DNA of 64,000 nucleotides from Sphingomonadaceae bacterium (GCA_050261575.1 JBLNDL010000067.1:1-64000), one strand, 5' to 3'; counted from the first letter of the stretch, positions 30,085 through 41,010 are shown. Numbers and translations are program-made. The notes: generated by a model not told the origin, from the letters alone.

Positions 30085-31206
30085 ATGGGAAGCCCCCTTC
30101 CGTCCTCCGTCCTCCAGTTGACCCCCATTCCCTTCGGCGACCAGGCAGTGGTGGGAGGCGGGGAGCGATACCCCACCGAATTGAGCCGCGCTATGGCGCG
30201 ATACGTTCCCACCACGTTGGTGTCCTTCGGTGGAAGGCTCACAGCATGGCGGGAGGGAAACCTGACCCTCAAGACATACCCCGTCCTACGTTATGTCGAC
30301 CACAAGCGAGTGAATCCCCTGTCCCCCTGGTTCCTGTTCGAGCTACTCGGGCCAGACACAATCCACTGCCATCAGTACCAGACCCTAGTCACCAACATGG
30401 CCGTGTTGTTTGGATCGCTGCTGAAGAAGCGAACCTTCGCCACCGACCACGGAGGGGGAGGCAGGAATTACAGCCGTAGGCTCCGAATCGGGGAGAGGCT
30501 CACCGGTTTCCTGCCGGTCTCCCGCTTCTCGGCCAGCTTCTATCCGGAGTTGGCCCATAAGACGGTGCCCATCGACTCCGGGGTGAACCCCGACCTCTTC
30601 CGCCCGCAGCCTGTGGAGAGGGAAAGGTCGGCTCTTTACGTCGGCAGGATCCTCCCCCACAAGGGAATCGACTACCTGATTCGAGCGGTGGGAAGCGACG
30701 TGCAACTGCGGGTGGTAGGACGCCTGTACGATCAATCCTACTATCGGTATCTGCGCGAACTGGCCGAGGGCAAGCAGGTGGTCTTCGTCACCGACGCATC
30801 CGACCAGGACATCCTTCGGGAGTACAGCAGGGCCGCAGTCGCGGTACTCCCATCCGTCTACGTCACCTTCGACGGCGCTCGCCACCGGATGCCCGAGCTG
30901 CTTGGGATCACCCTGCTCGAGGCAATGGCATGCGAGACTCCGGTGATCTGCACCAACGTGGGCGGAATGCCTGAGGCAGTCATGGAAGGGATAACGGGCT
31001 ACGTGGTACCGCCCAACGACCCGGAGACGCTGCGAGATCGGCTTTACCGGCTGCTGGACGATCCGACCCTAGCGCGATCCATGGGGAAGGATGCCCGGCA
31101 GATGATCCTCGAACACTGGACTTGGGATCACGTTGCCCGTCGATGTCTGGAGGCCTACGCAACTCTGGGATCAGGCGGTGGGGGCCGGGGAACGGTTGGC
31201 GTGTAG
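30085..31206 (+). CDS. GT4 glycosyltransferase
   Basis: GGGERYP; YVGRILPHKG; ELLGITLLEAMACETPV. Confidence 0.9.
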   Translation: MGSPLPSSVLQLTPIPFGDQAVVGGGERYPTELSRAMARYVPTTLVSFGGRLTAWREGNLTLKTYPVLRYVDHKRVNPLSPWFLFELLGPDTIHCHQYQTLVTNMAVLFGSLLKKRTFATDHGGGGRNYSRRLRIGERLTGFLPVSRFSASFYPELAHKTVPIDSGVNPDLFRPQPVERERSALYVGRILPHKGIDYLIRAVGSDVQLRVVGRLYDQSYYRYLRELAEGKQVVFVTDASDQDILREYSRAAVAVLPSVYVTFDGARHRMPELLGITLLEAMACETPVICTNVGGMPEAVMEGITGYVVPPNDPETLRDRLYRLLDDPTLARSMGKDARQMILEHWTWDHVARRCLEAYATLGSGGGGRGTVGV

Positions 31207-31423
31207 GTCAACCGATTCTCGCATTGGCCCGGTCGCGTTGTATGCGCGCCCCCAATCCCTGGTCGTCCCGTGGCACGCCCCGAAAACCCCAAGCAGGTCC
31301 CTCTGGTTGGTTTCCCGCCAGAGAAGTCGACATTGAATAGAGATACCTGCTTAGAGACACCTGCTCAGCACATCGTTCCCGAAGGACGGGGGACACGTGA
31401 CGCGAGCGAGCACAGTCTCGCGG

Positions 31424-32863
31424 TCACGACCGCTCTACACCATCGAGCTTGTGGAACGGTGCAACCTGGCTTGGCTCCTGCCATGCTCGCCTGGACTCTC
31501 GCCTGAGTATCCACCAGACTAGGCCAGCACTGATCACGTCCCCCACAAGATACGTGGCAGTCACAGTCCAGGCTGCTCCCACGGCACCCATGGAACCCAC
31601 CAGCACCGTGCCCGCTCCAAGCATCACTGCCGCAGGCACGATCTTGGAGACGATGGCAAGTGGCATGATGTCCAGCGCTTGGTAGAGTGGGCCCAACCCT
31701 ATGGCAAAGCCCAGCAGGGCACAACGGACGCCGAGCGCGTACATGACGTCCAGTGCCGGCAAGTATGTGGGACGGTACAACTGGATGACGAAGGGGGCCA
31801 CCAGCACGAGACCCAGGGTCAGCGTGGCAGATATGGCCAGGCCGGCCGCGGTGACCTGCACCAACGGCCTCCCGATCCTCGCCGCACCGAACCGGGCCCG
31901 CACCTCGGCCAGTTTCGCGTACAAGTTGCGGGAAATCGGGGACATCGGCACCGCTAGTATCGTCAGGGTGAGGTTGCTGGCGACTTTGAAGTAGGCAACC
32001 TCCTCGGCACTGGAGAGCCGCCCCAGCAGAAGAGTCGGCGCCAGGGCAATCATGTTCGCGAGGTTCTTGTCTATGCTGACCATGGCACTGAAGGCAAAGT
32101 AGCGGCGAAACGGGATCCCGGGTGCGGCGCGCACTATCTGCCACAACGTGGGGAAGCCGGCCATCTTCGGAAGGGTAGCGCTGTAGAGCCACAGGGCAGC
32201 GGTAGAGGTGAGCAAGGGAACGAAGGCCACACTATAGAGCAGCCCCGTGACCCCACCCCCCAGAGCAACCACGATCAGATTCAGCAGGCTAGTTGCCATC
32301 AAGGCACCGTTCTCCAGAAGCGCGAGGCGACCCACCTGCCGCGAGCTCTGCAGTGCCAGCACCGCCAAGTTGAACAGGACGAGAAGAGGGGGGCTCACGA
32401 ATAGAATCCGCGACAAATGCCCGACTTCCGGATCGTTCAGCACTACGGTTCCCAGGTAGCCACCGCCCAGCAAACCTACCGCAGCTTCGACGAGGCTCAC
32501 GGTCAACCCTACCTTGAGAAAGTAGGCCATGATCCTCAACGTCTCCTCGTCGTCCCCCCGAGCGTGGGCAGCGGCAAGTCGGGTGATTAGCGCTTGCCCC
32601 ACTGCCAGGTTCGCCAGCATGTTGACCAGATCCAAGAGAGCCCTGGCCTGGGCGTAGACACCGAAGGGAGCCGGGTCCAGCAGATTGGCAATGATCACGG
32701 AGACCGAAAACTGTGTCCCCATGGTGGCAAAGCTGCCGGCCTGCAGCTTGAGGACCTCACGGGCGAAGCGGCGCCCGAGCAGTCGCTTTGGTAGCGCTGC
32801 AAGCTCCTTCATCGGCCCGCCAGCCCGGGAACCCCGACCCGAGGGAGTCGTTGGAGAGGACAT
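31424..32863 (-). CDS. Wzx-type oligosaccharide flippase (MOP family)
   Basis: About 12 TM segments; IANLLDPAPFGVY; GRLSSAEEVAYFKVA. Start is 32863 or 32812. Confidence 0.8.
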   Translation of the reverse strand: MSSPTTPSGRGSRAGGPMKELAALPKRLLGRRFAREVLKLQAGSFATMGTQFSVSVIIANLLDPAPFGVYAQARALLDLVNMLANLAVGQALITRLAAAHARGDDEETLRIMAYFLKVGLTVSLVEAAVGLLGGGYLGTVVLNDPEVGHLSRILFVSPPLLVLFNLAVLALQSSRQVGRLALLENGALMATSLLNLIVVALGGGVTGLLYSVAFVPLLTSTAALWLYSATLPKMAGFPTLWQIVRAAPGIPFRRYFAFSAMVSIDKNLANMIALAPTLLLGRLSSAEEVAYFKVASNLTLTILAVPMSPISRNLYAKLAEVRARFGAARIGRPLVQVTAAGLAISATLTLGLVLVAPFVIQLYRPTYLPALDVMYALGVRCALLGFAIGLGPLYQALDIMPLAIVSKIVPAAVMLGAGTVLVGSMGAVGAAWTVTATYLVGDVISAGLVWWILRRESRRAWQEPSQVAPFHKLDGVERS

Positions 32864-32888
32864 GCTTCGTACCCTGGAGGAGGTTAGC

Positions 32889-32926
32889 CACCTCGCCCTT
32901 CACCAAGCGAGGTGCTGCGGTATAAT
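32889..32926 (+). promoter_or_regulatory. Putative sigma70 promoter: TATAAT at 32921-32926, with an inverted repeat over the -35 region
   Basis: cacctcgc-N10-gcgaggtg followed by gcggTATAAT, in the divergent gap between the flippase and the GT4 gene. Confidence 0.55.
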
Positions 32927-32979
32927 AGCAGATCTGGACTCACCGCAATGACGCGGACTTGGAGTGCATCGACGGCAGT

Positions 32980-34221
32980 ATGAAAGTCCTGACCCTCTCC
33001 GACTACTACTCTCCCAACATCAGGGGTGGAGCCGACATCGCGGCAGAGCGATTGTCGGCCGAAATAGCCCGGCGCGGCCACTCCGTGTGCGTCCTGACCA
33101 CCGTGGAGAACCACACGGATGCCATTTCGGACACCGTCCGCGGCGTCCACGTCCGCCGAGTGGTCTCGCGCTATCCCCTCAGGCTGCGCAACTACATGGC
33201 GGTCTACAACCCCATGGTCGTTGGCCAGGTTGCGAAAAAGATCAGGGAATACCGGCCCGACATCGTACACGCACACAACATCCACACCCACATCTCCTTC
33301 CAGGCCCTGCTGGAGGCCAAGAAGGCATCCGTTCCGGTGGTGTTGACTGCCCACGACCACCAGATCTTCTGCGGCGCCAAGTTCGACTGCGTGGGCCCCG
33401 AACAGCCCACCGCCATTCCAGCCTCGCAGTGCGCGCGATGCCAACGCTTCCGCTTCTTCCCCTTCCGCAACCGACTAGTTCAGCGGGCCATCCGTCTCTC
33501 GGACACGCGGGTGCTGGCCGTGAGCAACGCACTCAAAGAAGACCTAGTCGCCAACGGGCTGGATCCCAACATGGTTAGCGTGGTGCATAACGGCATCGAG
33601 CCCTCCTCTATGGAGGTGAACCCGGAGCACGTCAAGAGCTTCGCCCGACGCCACGCCCTGGAGGGAAAGAGGATAATCCTGTTTGGTGGCAGGGTCAGCC
33701 ACGCAAAGGGGATCGACCAAGCGATAGCCGCCCTGGGGAAGCTTCCCCGAGATCTCAACTTCGTCTTCCTCGTGCTGGGCAGCAGCGAGGACTACATCTC
33801 CTACATTCTGCAGGAGGGGCATCGACTCAGCGTCGAGGACCGAACCGTCTTCCTGCCCTGGCTTTCCGGCGAGGATCTGAAGGCAGCATACGCACTCGCC
33901 GACGTCTGCCTCACCCCTTCCGTGTATCGGGAGCCCTTCAACCTGATAAACATCGAGGCCATGGCCATGCGGAAGCCGGTGATCACCACCGTCTTCGGCG
34001 GTCCGCCCGAGGTGGTGATCGATGGGGTCACCGGCTACACCTTGGATCCTCGCAACGTCGACCTGCTCGCTGCCCGCCTGCAGGAACTGCTGTCCGACGA
34101 GGCCCGCGCGAGGGCGATGGGCGAGGCAGGCTACCGCCGGGTAACGGAGAACTTCGCCGTTGCACAGCAGGCCGACAAAGTCCTCGCTACCTACGAAGCT
34201 GCCCTGGCGCACCGGGCATGA
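32980..34221 (+). CDS. GT4 glycosyltransferase
   Basis: GGADIAA; HAHNIH; EPFNLINIEAMAMRKPV. Confidence 0.9.
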   Translation: MKVLTLSDYYSPNIRGGADIAAERLSAEIARRGHSVCVLTTVENHTDAISDTVRGVHVRRVVSRYPLRLRNYMAVYNPMVVGQVAKKIREYRPDIVHAHNIHTHISFQALLEAKKASVPVVLTAHDHQIFCGAKFDCVGPEQPTAIPASQCARCQRFRFFPFRNRLVQRAIRLSDTRVLAVSNALKEDLVANGLDPNMVSVVHNGIEPSSMEVNPEHVKSFARRHALEGKRIILFGGRVSHAKGIDQAIAALGKLPRDLNFVFLVLGSSEDYISYILQEGHRLSVEDRTVFLPWLSGEDLKAAYALADVCLTPSVYREPFNLINIEAMAMRKPVITTVFGGPPEVVIDGVTGYTLDPRNVDLLAARLQELLSDEARARAMGEAGYRRVTENFAVAQQADKVLATYEAALAHRA

Positions 34222-35522
34222 GTCGGAGAGGCGGAGAGACAGTGGCACCGTGGAACGCGGGGACGCGGGGACACGGGGACGCTAGAACGCGGGGACCCGG
34301 AGATGGGGAGAACTCCGGACTGAGAGCCGAGGCCAGGGGATTGAATCGACCGGAGACATCTCGGCCCTCTGTCCCCAATCCTCAGTCCTTCCGCGTGCTC
34401 CACGTAATCACCTCCCTGGACGTGGGGGGGGCGCAGAAGCACCTCCTGTCCTTGGTGGACGGGCTCCGCAGACGCGGCCACCAGGCCGACGTGGCCTTCT
34501 TCAAGAACCCCTCCCTGTCCGAGCAGTTCCAGGGCACGGGCTGCCGCCTCTTCGACCTCTCCACGCGCGGGACCTTCTCTCCACTCCTGCTGCCCCGCCT
34601 AGCGTCGATCCTCACTCGGGGGCGGTACCAGATCGTCCACACCCACCTGCTCAAGGCAGATAGCTACGGCACTCTGGCCGGCGTCCTGGCTCGAACACCG
34701 ATCCGCATCTCCTCCAAGCACAACGACGAGGCGGTGCTCCAGAGGCCGGCGGTCGCTGTTACCCACGGATTGATCTCGCGTTGTAACCACAGGGTAGTGG
34801 TGCTGTCCGACTACGTGGGCCGCTACGTTGCCGAGAAGGGGCGGGTCGACCCCGCTCGCATCACCCGCATCTACTACGGTCTGCCCGCCAACTCGAAAGC
34901 GACAGCCGAAGATGGGCTGAGGGTGAGGGCCGAACTGGGGATTCGGCCGGACACCCCCCTGGTGACCACGGTGGGTCGCATCACCGAGCAGAAGGGGCTG
35001 ACCCATCTGCTGGACGCGATGGCCCTCCTCCGGCAGCGGCTCCCACAGGCCCGCCTCCTGATCGTTGGGGATGCCCAGGACGGCAGAGACGAGTACAAGC
35101 GAGGGCTGCTCCGGCAGTGGGAGGCCCTCGGCCTGAAGGACAGCGTCCTGTTCGCGGGCGTCCGAGACGACGTCCCCGCGGTGATGCAGGCTTGTGACCT
35201 CTTCGTCATGGCGTCGCTGTGGGAAGGGTTCGGGCTGGTCTTCCTGGAGGCGATGGCCGCCGCACGCCCCATCGTCGCCACCAGCGTGAGCGCCATCCCG
35301 GAGGTGATCCAGGATGGCGTGACGGGGCTGCTGGTGCCCCCGCGAGATCCCGATGCCCTGGCTAAGGCGATGCTGGCCCTGCTAGCCGATCCCGATCGGG
35401 CCCGCCGGATGGGTCAGGCGGGGCTGCTCCGATTGAAAGAGCAGTTCACGGAGGATAAGATGGTCGAGTCTGTGGAACAGCTCTACTTTCAGCTATGGAG
35501 ACGCCGTTGCGGTGCGTGGTAA
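34218..35522 (+). CDS. GT4 glycosyltransferase; the N-terminal ~57 codons derive from short tandem repeats
   Basis: VLHVITSLDVGGAQ; WEGFGLVFLEAMAA. The true start may be near 34395. Confidence 0.88.
   Translation: MSRRGGETVAPWNAGTRGHGDARTRGPGDGENSGLRAEARGLNRPETSRPSVPNPQSFRVLHVITSLDVGGAQKHLLSLVDGLRRRGHQADVAFFKNPSLSEQFQGTGCRLFDLSTRGTFSPLLLPRLASILTRGRYQIVHTHLLKADSYGTLAGVLARTPIRISSKHNDEAVLQRPAVAVTHGLISRCNHRVVVLSDYVGRYVAEKGRVDPARITRIYYGLPANSKATAEDGLRVRAELGIRPDTPLVTTVGRITEQKGLTHLLDAMALLRQRLPQARLLIVGDAQDGRDEYKRGLLRQWEALGLKDSVLFAGVRDDVPAVMQACDLFVMASLWEGFGLVFLEAMAAARPIVATSVSAIPEVIQDGVTGLLVPPRDPDALAKAMLALLADPDRARRMGQAGLLRLKEQFTEDKMVESVEQLYFQLWRRRCGAW
34225..34390. repeat. Octamer/heptamer tandem repeat tract (ACGCGGGG-like)
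   Basis: gaacgcggggacgcggggacacggggacgctagaacgcggggacccggag. Confidence 0.65.
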
Positions 35523-36454
35523 CCGGCTGTGCCGGCTTCATCGGGTCCCACCTGTCTGAGGCCCTCGTCGCGCAGGGACACGAGGTGGTGGGCATCGACT
35601 GCTTCACCGACTACTATCCCAGGGCTGCCAAGGAGGCCAACCTCGCCGCCCTCTTGGATTCGCCTCACTTCACCTTCATCGAGGCCGATCTGCTCGAGTA
35701 CGACCTGGGGCGTCTACTGGAAGGGACAGACTGTGTTTACCATCAGGCGGCGCAGGCCGGAGTCAGGGCCAGTTGGGGGCAGAACTTCGCCATCTACACC
35801 CAGAACAACGTCCTGGCTACCCAGCGGCTGCTGGAGGCTGCCAAGGATCGCCCCCTGCGCCGCTTCGTCTACGCCTCCTCCTCCTCCATCTACGGAGACG
35901 CCCGGCAGTTGCCCGTCACCGAGGAGACCCTGCCCCAGCCGGTCTCTCCCTACGGGGTGAGCAAGCTCGCCGCCGAGCACCTCTGCCGGCTCTACAGGGT
36001 CAACTTCGGCGTGCCCACCGTGTCTCTGCGCTACTTCACCGTCTACGGCCCTCGCCAGCGCCCGGACATGGGCTTCCACCGCTTCCTTCGAGCGCTCCTG
36101 ACCGACGGAGAGATCACCCTCTATGGAGACGGTGAACAGACGAGGGACTTCACCTTCGTGAGCGACGCTGTGGCCGCCAACCTGGCATGCCTCGACGCCG
36201 AGGTCTCGGGAGAGGTGTTCAACATCGGAGGTGGGTCTCGCGTCTCCATCAACCGAGTTCTGGCCATCCTGGAGGCCATCTCCGGCAAGAAACCCAGAGT
36301 GCGCCGGATCGGGAAGCAGAAGGGGGACGTTCGAGACACCTTCGCCGACACGTCCCGCGCACGAGAAGCCCTCGGTTTCCGGCCCTCAGTGAGCATCGAG
36401 GAAGGGCTTCGCCGCGAACTGGAGTGGCTGGCCGGAGTGGTCGACCATGAGTAG
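35495..36454 (+). CDS. NAD-dependent nucleotide-sugar epimerase/dehydratase (UDP-glucuronate or UDP-glucose 4-epimerase-like)
   Basis: VTGCAGFIGSH, AAQAGVR, YGVSK, YFTVYGPRQRPDM. Confidence 0.9.
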   Translation: METPLRCVVTGCAGFIGSHLSEALVAQGHEVVGIDCFTDYYPRAAKEANLAALLDSPHFTFIEADLLEYDLGRLLEGTDCVYHQAAQAGVRASWGQNFAIYTQNNVLATQRLLEAAKDRPLRRFVYASSSSIYGDARQLPVTEETLPQPVSPYGVSKLAAEHLCRLYRVNFGVPTVSLRYFTVYGPRQRPDMGFHRFLRALLTDGEITLYGDGEQTRDFTFVSDAVAANLACLDAEVSGEVFNIGGGSRVSINRVLAILEAISGKKPRVRRIGKQKGDVRDTFADTSRAREALGFRPSVSIEEGLRRELEWLAGVVDHE

Positions 36455-37616
36455 CAGCCCCACCTCCAGGCCCATCAGGGTACTGGAGGTGATGGAGGCC
36501 ACCATCGGCGGCACCAAACGCCATCTCCTGGCGATGGTGAGGGGGCTGGATCGATCCCTCTTCCAAGTGGAGGTCGCGGCGCCACGCGTCCGGTCCGAGG
36601 CATTCGACGACATCTCCTTCAGCGACGAAGTCCGGGAGGCGGGCATCCGGCAACACTTCGTCCCGATGCACAGGGAGATCTCTCCAGCCTCCGACCTCTC
36701 CTGCTTCCTCCAACTGCTCGCCCTCATTGCGCGCGGCCGTTACGACGTGGTCCACACCCACAGCTCCAAGGCCGGTTTCCTGGGGCGCTTCGCCGCCCGG
36801 CTCGCCGGAGTCAAGGCGGTGGTCCACACCCCCCACGGTTTCTACTTCCTGAACCAGAGGGGTGGGCCCAAACGAGGCTTCTACCTGAATCTGGAGCGAG
36901 TTGCAGGTCGGGTGACCGATCGCATGATCGCGCTCTCCCCCACGGAGATGGCGGAAGCCGTGGAGAACGGCGTCGTCCCGCCCGAAAAGGTAGTATTGAT
37001 CGAAAACGGCATCCAGATCCCCCGCTTCTCCGATCCGGACCACCTTGCGCGACTGAGGGAGAAGCTGGCCCCAGGGGCCAGACACGTCGTCGGCACCGTG
37101 GCGCGCTTCACCCCCCAGAAAGGCCCCTTCGACTTCGTGCGGATGGCCAGTTCGCTGGTGCGGGCGCTCCCCGACGTCCAGATCCTATGGTGCGGCGACG
37201 GCGAGCTTCGTGCTCAGGTGGAGGAATTGGCCCGAGAGCTCCAGGTGGACGGCCACCTCCACTTCCTCGGTTACCGTACCGACGTGATGGACGTTATACA
37301 GGTGCTGGACGCGTTCGTACTCACCTCCCACTGGGAGGGGCTCCCCTACACCATCCTCGATGCCATGGCGCTGGAGAAACCCGTGGTGGCGACGGCCGCC
37401 GTCGGGACCCGAGACATCGTCCAAGATGGGGCGACGGGACTGCTCACACCGGTGGGTGACCCGGAAGCGGCAGCCCGCGCCGTCGTCCGAGTGCTGTCGA
37501 ATCCCATCGAGGCCCGGGCGATGGGAGCGGCGGGGAGGCAGTTGATCCTGCGCCGCTTCTCCCAGGAGGCGATGGTGAAGAGGACTGGACAGCTCTACCT
37601 TGATCTAGTAGGATAG
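36447..37616 (+). CDS. GT4 glycosyltransferase
   Basis: VHTHSSKAGFLGR; WEGLPYTILDAMA. Confidence 0.9.
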   Translation: MSSSPTSRPIRVLEVMEATIGGTKRHLLAMVRGLDRSLFQVEVAAPRVRSEAFDDISFSDEVREAGIRQHFVPMHREISPASDLSCFLQLLALIARGRYDVVHTHSSKAGFLGRFAARLAGVKAVVHTPHGFYFLNQRGGPKRGFYLNLERVAGRVTDRMIALSPTEMAEAVENGVVPPEKVVLIENGIQIPRFSDPDHLARLREKLAPGARHVVGTVARFTPQKGPFDFVRMASSLVRALPDVQILWCGDGELRAQVEELARELQVDGHLHFLGYRTDVMDVIQVLDAFVLTSHWEGLPYTILDAMALEKPVVATAAVGTRDIVQDGATGLLTPVGDPEAAARAVVRVLSNPIEARAMGAAGRQLILRRFSQEAMVKRTGQLYLDLVG

Positions 37617-37641
37617 TCTTCCGCGAGGAGGATCGTCCGTA

Positions 37642-39054
37642 TTGAAGGGATTCAGCAACCGCTTCATCCTCTTCCTCTTCCTGGCAGACATACTGCTGAC
37701 AGAGCTGGCGCTTTACCTGGCCGAGATGACCCGAGGGGTGATTCCCTTCGGCAGGGAGAGCGTCGGCATGAGCTTTCTCGATACCCACATCCTGATCGCC
37801 GTGGCCCTCTTCTGGGCCTTTTTCCTCCGTCTGTTCGGCGCCTACGACCCCCGCCGCCTGTCCAGCTTCGTCGAAGAGGGGCGAGCCGTCCTGCTCGCAA
37901 CGATGGCCGGCATGCTGGCCATGGCAGCCTTCTTCTACCTGTTCAACATCGACTTCCGCTCTCGGATCCTGTTCGGCTACTTCTTCGCCATCGACCTGGC
38001 GCTGCTGCTCAACTACCGGTTACTCGTCCGGTACGTCGTGCGATCGCTAGTCGCCGGCGGATACACCGCTCGGCGGGTGGTGCTGGTCGGGGCCACCAAG
38101 GTCGGACGCGAGCTCTCCTACATCATCCGCACACAGCCCTGGTCCGGCCTGATGGTGGTCGGCTTCGTGGACGACGATCCCACCCTGAGCGGCGGCGACG
38201 TGGAGGGGTTCCCCGTGCTGGGCTTCTCCGAGCAGCTTCCGGAGATCATCTCCAGCCACCAGGTGGATGAGGTCATCGTGGCCCTCCCGAGCAAGGAGCA
38301 CGACAAGATCGCCGAGATCGTTCTGAGCCTGCAGGTTCACCCGGTTCGGGTGAGGGTGGTTCCCGATCTCTTCGAGATGGTCTCTGTCCGCGCCCAGGTG
38401 GAGGATTTCTGGGGCATCCCGCTGATCGGCCTCCGCGACCCGGTGATAACTGGGTTCGATCGTACCTTCAAGCGGGTCTTTGACGTGGTCATCTCCTCCC
38501 TGCTGCTGCTGTTGCTCGGCCCCGTGATGCTCTTGATCGCCCTGGCCGTCAAGCTGGATTCCCCGGGGCCCGCGCTCTTCAAACAGCGACGGGTGGGAGA
38601 GAACGGACGCCTGTTCTGGATGTACAAGTTCCGCACCATGATCCAGGATGCCGACAAGCTGATCCCCAAGCTGGAGGAGGAGGGGATCTACGCGAACGGG
38701 GTCTACAAGGTCAAGGAAGACCCCCGAGTGACCCGCATCGGCCACATCCTCCGGCGGATGAGCGCCGACGAGTTGCCTCAGCTCTTCAACGTGTTGAAGG
38801 GCGACATGAGCCTGGTGGGCCCCCGGCCAGAGCAGCCCTGGATCGTGGAGCGGTACGAGCCGTGGCAGAGGAAGAGGCTCTCCGTGATGCCCGGCATGAC
38901 CGGCTGGTGGCAGGTCAACGGGCGCAGCGACCGCCCCATGTTCCTGAATACGGAGTTCGATCTCTACTACATCCAGAACTACTCCCCGATCCTGGACCTC
39001 ATCATCCTCTGGAAGACCATCTGGGTAGTCCTCAGGGGCAAGGGAGCGTACTGA
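37642..39054 (+). CDS. Undecaprenyl-phosphate glycosylphosphotransferase (WcaJ/WbaP-type priming transferase)
   Basis: N-terminal TMs; KRVFD; KFRTM; DELPQLFNVLKGDMSLVGPRP; PGMTGWWQV. Confidence 0.93.
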   Translation: MKGFSNRFILFLFLADILLTELALYLAEMTRGVIPFGRESVGMSFLDTHILIAVALFWAFFLRLFGAYDPRRLSSFVEEGRAVLLATMAGMLAMAAFFYLFNIDFRSRILFGYFFAIDLALLLNYRLLVRYVVRSLVAGGYTARRVVLVGATKVGRELSYIIRTQPWSGLMVVGFVDDDPTLSGGDVEGFPVLGFSEQLPEIISSHQVDEVIVALPSKEHDKIAEIVLSLQVHPVRVRVVPDLFEMVSVRAQVEDFWGIPLIGLRDPVITGFDRTFKRVFDVVISSLLLLLLGPVMLLIALAVKLDSPGPALFKQRRVGENGRLFWMYKFRTMIQDADKLIPKLEEEGIYANGVYKVKEDPRVTRIGHILRRMSADELPQLFNVLKGDMSLVGPRPEQPWIVERYEPWQRKRLSVMPGMTGWWQVNGRSDRPMFLNTEFDLYYIQNYSPILDLIILWKTIWVVLRGKGAY

Positions 39055-39308
39055 TAGCTGGCAGCCGTCAGCCATCGATCGTAAGCCTGAAGGCGTGGGT
39101 GTTGGAGGGCAAGCCTGGCAGCGAGCCGCGGTGCCCTCGTCCTCGGGCCAGCTCCGCAGGAGCCTCGTGCTCCCTGAGCCCTCGCACTCCAAGGAGCCTA
39201 GCACCCCGATGCCCCCTCATGTCGGACCGGTTTGTGCTACTATTCCTCGGCCAGCCGCCAAAACAGCGGATACGTGACCGCTGATTGCTGATCGTTGAGG
39301 GCTCGACA

Positions 39309-40067
39309 ATGGAACTGGTAGTGTTAGGGACCGGCGCCGCTTACCCCGGACCGCATCAGGCAAGCTCCGGCTACCTGGTCAAGCAGGCCAACACCGGACT
39401 CCTGCTGGACTGCGGAAACGGCGTCGTCAGCAGACTGCAGGAAGCCGGGGAACTGGACGGGGTGGCCGCCCTGTTGTTCAGCCACCTCCACGCGGACCAC
39501 CTGCTGGACATCTTCCCTATCTTCTACTCGAGAGCCTACGCCAAGGGGAAGAACTACCCCCCTCTGCCCGTCTTCCTTCCGCCCGGCGAGTCGGAGCGGT
39601 TCGCGCGCCTGGCCGAGGTGCTGCGTGTCGAGCCTCATCGCTTCTCAGAGGGGATTCTCCGGACAGCCGAGTACGACCCCTCGGCAGGACTGACGATAGG
39701 CGACCTGCAGCTCTCCTTCCATCGCACCGTCCATCCGATCCCCACCTTTGCCGTACGAGTGGAAGCCAACGGCCGGTCACTCGTCTACACCTCGGATACG
39801 GGGCCCGATCCGGGTCTGGCCGAGTTGGCCGAGGGGTGCGATCTGCTGCTGTGCGAGGCCACCCTGAGCGATGAGGACTTCGATCCCGCCAGCCCTATCC
39901 ACCTCACTCCGCGGCTGGCCGCCGACCTAGCAGCGAAGGCCGGGGCGAAGAGGCTGCTCCTCACCCACCTCTGGCCCCACTACGACCGGCAGGCGATGCT
40001 CGAGCAGGCCCAGCAAGTCTTCCCCACCGCAGAGTTGGCAGAGGAGATGAGGAGATACCCTCTATAG
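39309..40067 (+). CDS. MBL-fold metallohydrolase, RNase Z/YhfI-like
   Basis: LVVLGT, LLDCG, SHLHADH, YTSDT, LLCEAT, LLLTH. Confidence 0.85.
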   Translation: MELVVLGTGAAYPGPHQASSGYLVKQANTGLLLDCGNGVVSRLQEAGELDGVAALLFSHLHADHLLDIFPIFYSRAYAKGKNYPPLPVFLPPGESERFARLAEVLRVEPHRFSEGILRTAEYDPSAGLTIGDLQLSFHRTVHPIPTFAVRVEANGRSLVYTSDTGPDPGLAELAEGCDLLLCEATLSDEDFDPASPIHLTPRLAADLAAKAGAKRLLLTHLWPHYDRQAMLEQAQQVFPTAELAEEMRRYPL

Positions 40068-40137
40068 GGACAGGGACCGGGGAACGGGGGTCGACACTGC
40101 CCCGCATCCCCCTACCCCCACTAGAACGGAGACTCGG

Positions 40138-41010
40138 TTGCGCATAGGCGACGTGGAAATCCACCTAATATCGGACGGTTTCGCCTACGTCGATGGTGGC
40201 GGCATGTTCGGACTTGTACCGAAGCTGATGTGGGAGAAGAAACACCCGGCAGACGAGTTCAACCGGGTCGGAATGGGGGTGAACAGCCTGCTGATCGAGG
40301 ACGGCGGGCAGCGTATCGTCGTCGACACCGGCTTCGGCAGCAAGATGGGGCAACGCACCCTCAACCTGATGGGCATCGTCCGCACCGGCCAGCTACCCCA
40401 GGGCCTCCGCGAACTCGGTGTGGAACCGGACCGGGTGGATCTGGTCATCAACACCCACCTGCACTCCGATCACTCCGGCGGCAACACCGTCCAGGAGGGT
40501 AAGCGGCTTTCGCTCGCTTTCCCCAACGCGACCTATGTAGTGCAGGAAGGGGAGTGGGAGGATGCGAACCACCCCAACGAGCGCACCAGGGCAACCTATC
40601 TGCCCGAGAACCTGCTTCCCCTCTGGGAGACTCGCCGCCTGGAGCTGGTCGAGGGCGATACGCAGATCACGCCCCACGTGCGCTGCATACTCACCCCCGG
40701 CCACACGCCTCACCATCAGAGCGTGCTGATCGAGTCCGGGGGCCGGAAGGTCCTCTACACCGCCGACCTCTCGCCCTTCGTGGTCCACATGGAGAGGCTG
40801 GCATGGATAGCCGCCTACGATCTGGAGCCGATGCGCTCCATCGAGACCCGGCGCTGGGTCCAGCGGTGGGCCGTCGACGAGCATGCCCTGCTGATCTTTC
40901 CCCACGACCCCGAGATCGGCATGGGCTATCTCCACTACGATTCGGGGCGCTACTGGATAGAAGACTATCAGCCATCGGCAATCGGCCATCAGCCGCAAGC
41001 GGCCCGCTGA
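40138..41010 (+). CDS. MBL-fold metallohydrolase, YtnP-like
   Basis: DGGGMFGLVPKLMW, THLHSDHSGG, NERTRATY, TPGHTPHHQ. Confidence 0.85.
   Translation: MRIGDVEIHLISDGFAYVDGGGMFGLVPKLMWEKKHPADEFNRVGMGVNSLLIEDGGQRIVVDTGFGSKMGQRTLNLMGIVRTGQLPQGLRELGVEPDRVDLVINTHLHSDHSGGNTVQEGKRLSLAFPNATYVVQEGEWEDANHPNERTRATYLPENLLPLWETRRLELVEGDTQITPHVRCILTPGHTPHHQSVLIESGGRKVLYTADLSPFVVHMERLAWIAAYDLEPMRSIETRRWVQRWAVDEHALLIFPHDPEIGMGYLHYDSGRYWIEDYQPSAIGHQPQAAR

Noticed and set aside
31338..31365. 14-bp tandem repeat tagaga(t/c)acctgct between convergent genes
   Set aside because: Two short copies only, with no supporting context.
40138..41010. YtnP-like lactonase as a quencher of the nearby QS system
   Set aside because: The predicted signal is a prenylated peptide, not a lactone. 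The gene lies within the glycan locus and the family is widespread.
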